From contig CM120642.1 of NCBI GenBank assembly GCA_051362555.1, positions 1,488,001-1,552,000 on the forward strand: 64,000 nucleotides of DNA. The letters are read 5' to 3'. The notes beneath the pieces are model-generated. The model searched no databases. It was given only the letters and a program-made list of their open reading frames with translations, and was not told where the DNA came from. This document shows, piece by piece, positions 61,650-64,000 of the stretch. This DNA is from Lingula anatina (taxonomy: Eukaryota; Animalia; Brachiopoda). The position numbers were made by a program, and so were the translations under genes. Each line of letters starts with the position of its first letter. Position 1 is the first letter of the stretch.

Positions 61650-64000
61650 TCACTTAACGCGATGTACAAACACCATTCCGTCCTTAGGCCCAATGTAACG
61701 GGGAACTGGACGCCTGGAGACTACTGTCCAGAGTCCTGAACTGACGTGGTCATCCATAATTTTCAGAAGATCTCGTCCATATTCCTCGTCCAACAACTCC
61801 TTTCTCAAGACGATAACGATGGAGCCATCTTTAAGAAAACAAGCAGAAACATTGTTGGTTGTATATACACGTAGAAAGGAAGAAAAAATAGAATAAGAAT
61901 ATAATATATATGAAAATTTAAAAAATACATAAAACATTTAAAAAAAACAGCAACTTTAAACAAAAGACATAATGGTCTTGATTCCAGTTATCTTGAAAAT
62001 GATAACTGTGCTCGTTGGTTGACAAGGTTACCACGCGCCACTTGCTGAAAACCAACAGCGCCCTTTTCGCCCGTCATGTGTTTCATTTCCATACGTGGTT
62101 GCCTATTTCTACCATTCAAAGAAACACGTTGAACGGGGATTGTACAGGGTTATTTGATATACATATTTAAAAACCTGGCAAATAAAAAGGGCAGAAAAAA
62201 TTTTAATTAGTTAAGAATAATAAGACTTTTGAGAGTAGGAATTTAAAAAACTTACCTGGTTTTACGATGCGTATCAGTTCAGCCAAACAACTTCCGTTCA
62301 AGTGACCAGGGCAGAAACTGCCCGTTGTTATGATGGCGTCATAGGTATCTGAAATATATATATTGAGATATTTTTTAATTAAATTAATAATTAAAGGGTA
62401 AACACTTCACGTTTTATTAAGGCATACAATATTGTTGAAAAAATTGTTAGATTTGATATTTAGGTCGATCCTAGAGACTACCTATCATACATGCATTTGT
62501 GCATACAACTACTCATTAATTAATTAATTTATTTACTTATGACGGCACGCTACAAAATCTGCAACTACCGTCTGGTATGTCAAGGCGGTTTGGGCCTAAA
62601 AGATCGCAGACGACGTTTCTGTACAGTTTCTTTTCCTTTGCTATTTCCAACATTTCTTTGCTGGCATCCAAGGCATCTAGGTTGTGAAAACCATTTTTCT
62701 TCAACTTCCCAACGTTTGAAAAAAAAGGACTGTACCAGTTAGTAAATTGTCTTTAACGAGTAAGCAAAAAAATTAATAAGCGGATAAAATAAATGTCCAA
62801 CAGAAACCATTAGTTTATGAAAATAGCTATTCAATCATGACAATTTTCTTTTGATAAAATACCCAAATGATTCACGTAGGTATAAAATAAAGTAAGAGCT
62901 AATCTGTCTCGTGGAAGAGCCAGCTAACTTCTTAAAAATTTAGTAATTAACATCTTTGCTTCACCTCCGCACCCAACCGTCCAGTTCCCGCCGCCACGTC
63001 TAAAATGAGGGCATCTTTCTTCTCCTCAAAGAGTTTCTCCACTTCCTTGGCTACTATAGAGGGACCTTCGTGATCCAAAATCGCTGCAGACTGGTGGAAA
63101 TACCGATAAAGCAAGCTTTTAATACACTATAATTTCTTACAATTATATATTTTATATCACAATGCAAAAATAAAGAATAAACCGTATGGACAAACCACGG
63201 TATTCAGCAGAAAGAGGGAATTTAATACTTTACGCTCGTTCCACTCGGACATTTGATGGTGAAAAGAATTTTAGTGAGGCAAAGGTGACAGCGGCGTCCA
63301 ATAATGTCACCACCCCATTTTTTTTCTAGATTGACATTGATTACATTTGTCTCTCTTGGGAAACACTGTGGATAAATCAAACCCAAAACACTCCCTGAGA
63401 GAAGACTGAAGAAGGCGAACATGGCTACGAAATGGACGCATACCGCCTAGTGATAATATGCCCTCAACATGACATTCGCAGCAAAGCAGATTACGTGTAC
63501 GTTATCCATATGAATAATTTACAAATATTATTCTGCACAGATAGAATGTGACAACTTTGCCTTCATGTAGCTAAAGCGCAATGATGAGCACTTGTTGGAG
63601 AGAGTATTTCGGTTCCACCGTATGGTAATGCACGGCCCTATATATATATACCGAGCAGTACGCTTCAGTACTAGTCTGCACCGGTACACTTTAAGAAAAT
63701 GACAATGCATTAATACAATAGACTGGCTACAAGTATATAAAGGACCCTCCAAAATGTTGGACCTCTAAAGGTACATGTACATACTTACAAATGCACGAGT
63801 ATATATATATATATATATATATATATAACTAGTAGCATAACTTCAGTTAAACCTTTAATTCGTACATCTCGCTTTGGTACAATGGTGTTAAGTTCTTTGC
63901 CAATGAATATACTTACGTCGTCGTATATCCGGGCCCAGTCTTTGTATACCTCCAAAATCTCTTGGTTTGAGGCGTTAGTGTTTAATACTTTGTTGAAGAA
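61650..64000 (-). CDS. METTL27: METTL27/WBSCR27-like class I SAM-dependent methyltransferase, 5'-truncated. Exons: >64000-63917, 63090-62965, 62704-62569, 62348-62256, 61828-61650
   Basis: The spliced frame gives VYKDWARIYDD, LILDVAAGTGRLG (motif I), LDALDASKEMLEIAKEKKLY, YDAIITTGSFCPGH, ELIRIVKPDGSIVI and DGMVFVHRVK*. Splice phases are consistent. The symbol marks the family, and exact orthology is uncertain. Confidence 0.85.

Overview
AT-rich, intron-containing animal DNA. It is most likely from a lophotrochozoan invertebrate, but that is inferred only from gene and repeat style. From left to right the window holds: (1) the 3' part of a ClC-3/4/5-type 2Cl-/H+ exchanger gene (17 exons seen, one probable U12-type intron); (2) a 1.34-kb near-perfect tandem duplication; (3) a BTB-BACK-Kelch gene whose 8-kb last intron contains a same-strand, single-ORF gene for a ZAD-like + 14x C2H2 zinc-finger protein; (4) a dispersed cluster of four paralogous genes for ~110-117 aa secreted proteins with an invariant 14-cysteine framework that I cannot assign to a known family; (5) a dead Tc1 transposon; (6) a RING-Bbox-Bbox-coiled-coil-NHL (TRIM2/3-like) gene with an ~80-aa Asp/Asn tract inside the NHL region; (7) a Helentron/HINE-like element carrying a LINE fragment, plus several MITEs; and (8) most of a METTL27/WBSCR27-like methyltransferase. 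The best candidate for an undescribed system is the 14-Cys secreted family, whose copies share promoter and exon architecture. The four separate tandem duplications straddling splice junctions and the nested zinc-finger gene are also notable. Exon boundaries were read by eye and no database searches were run.
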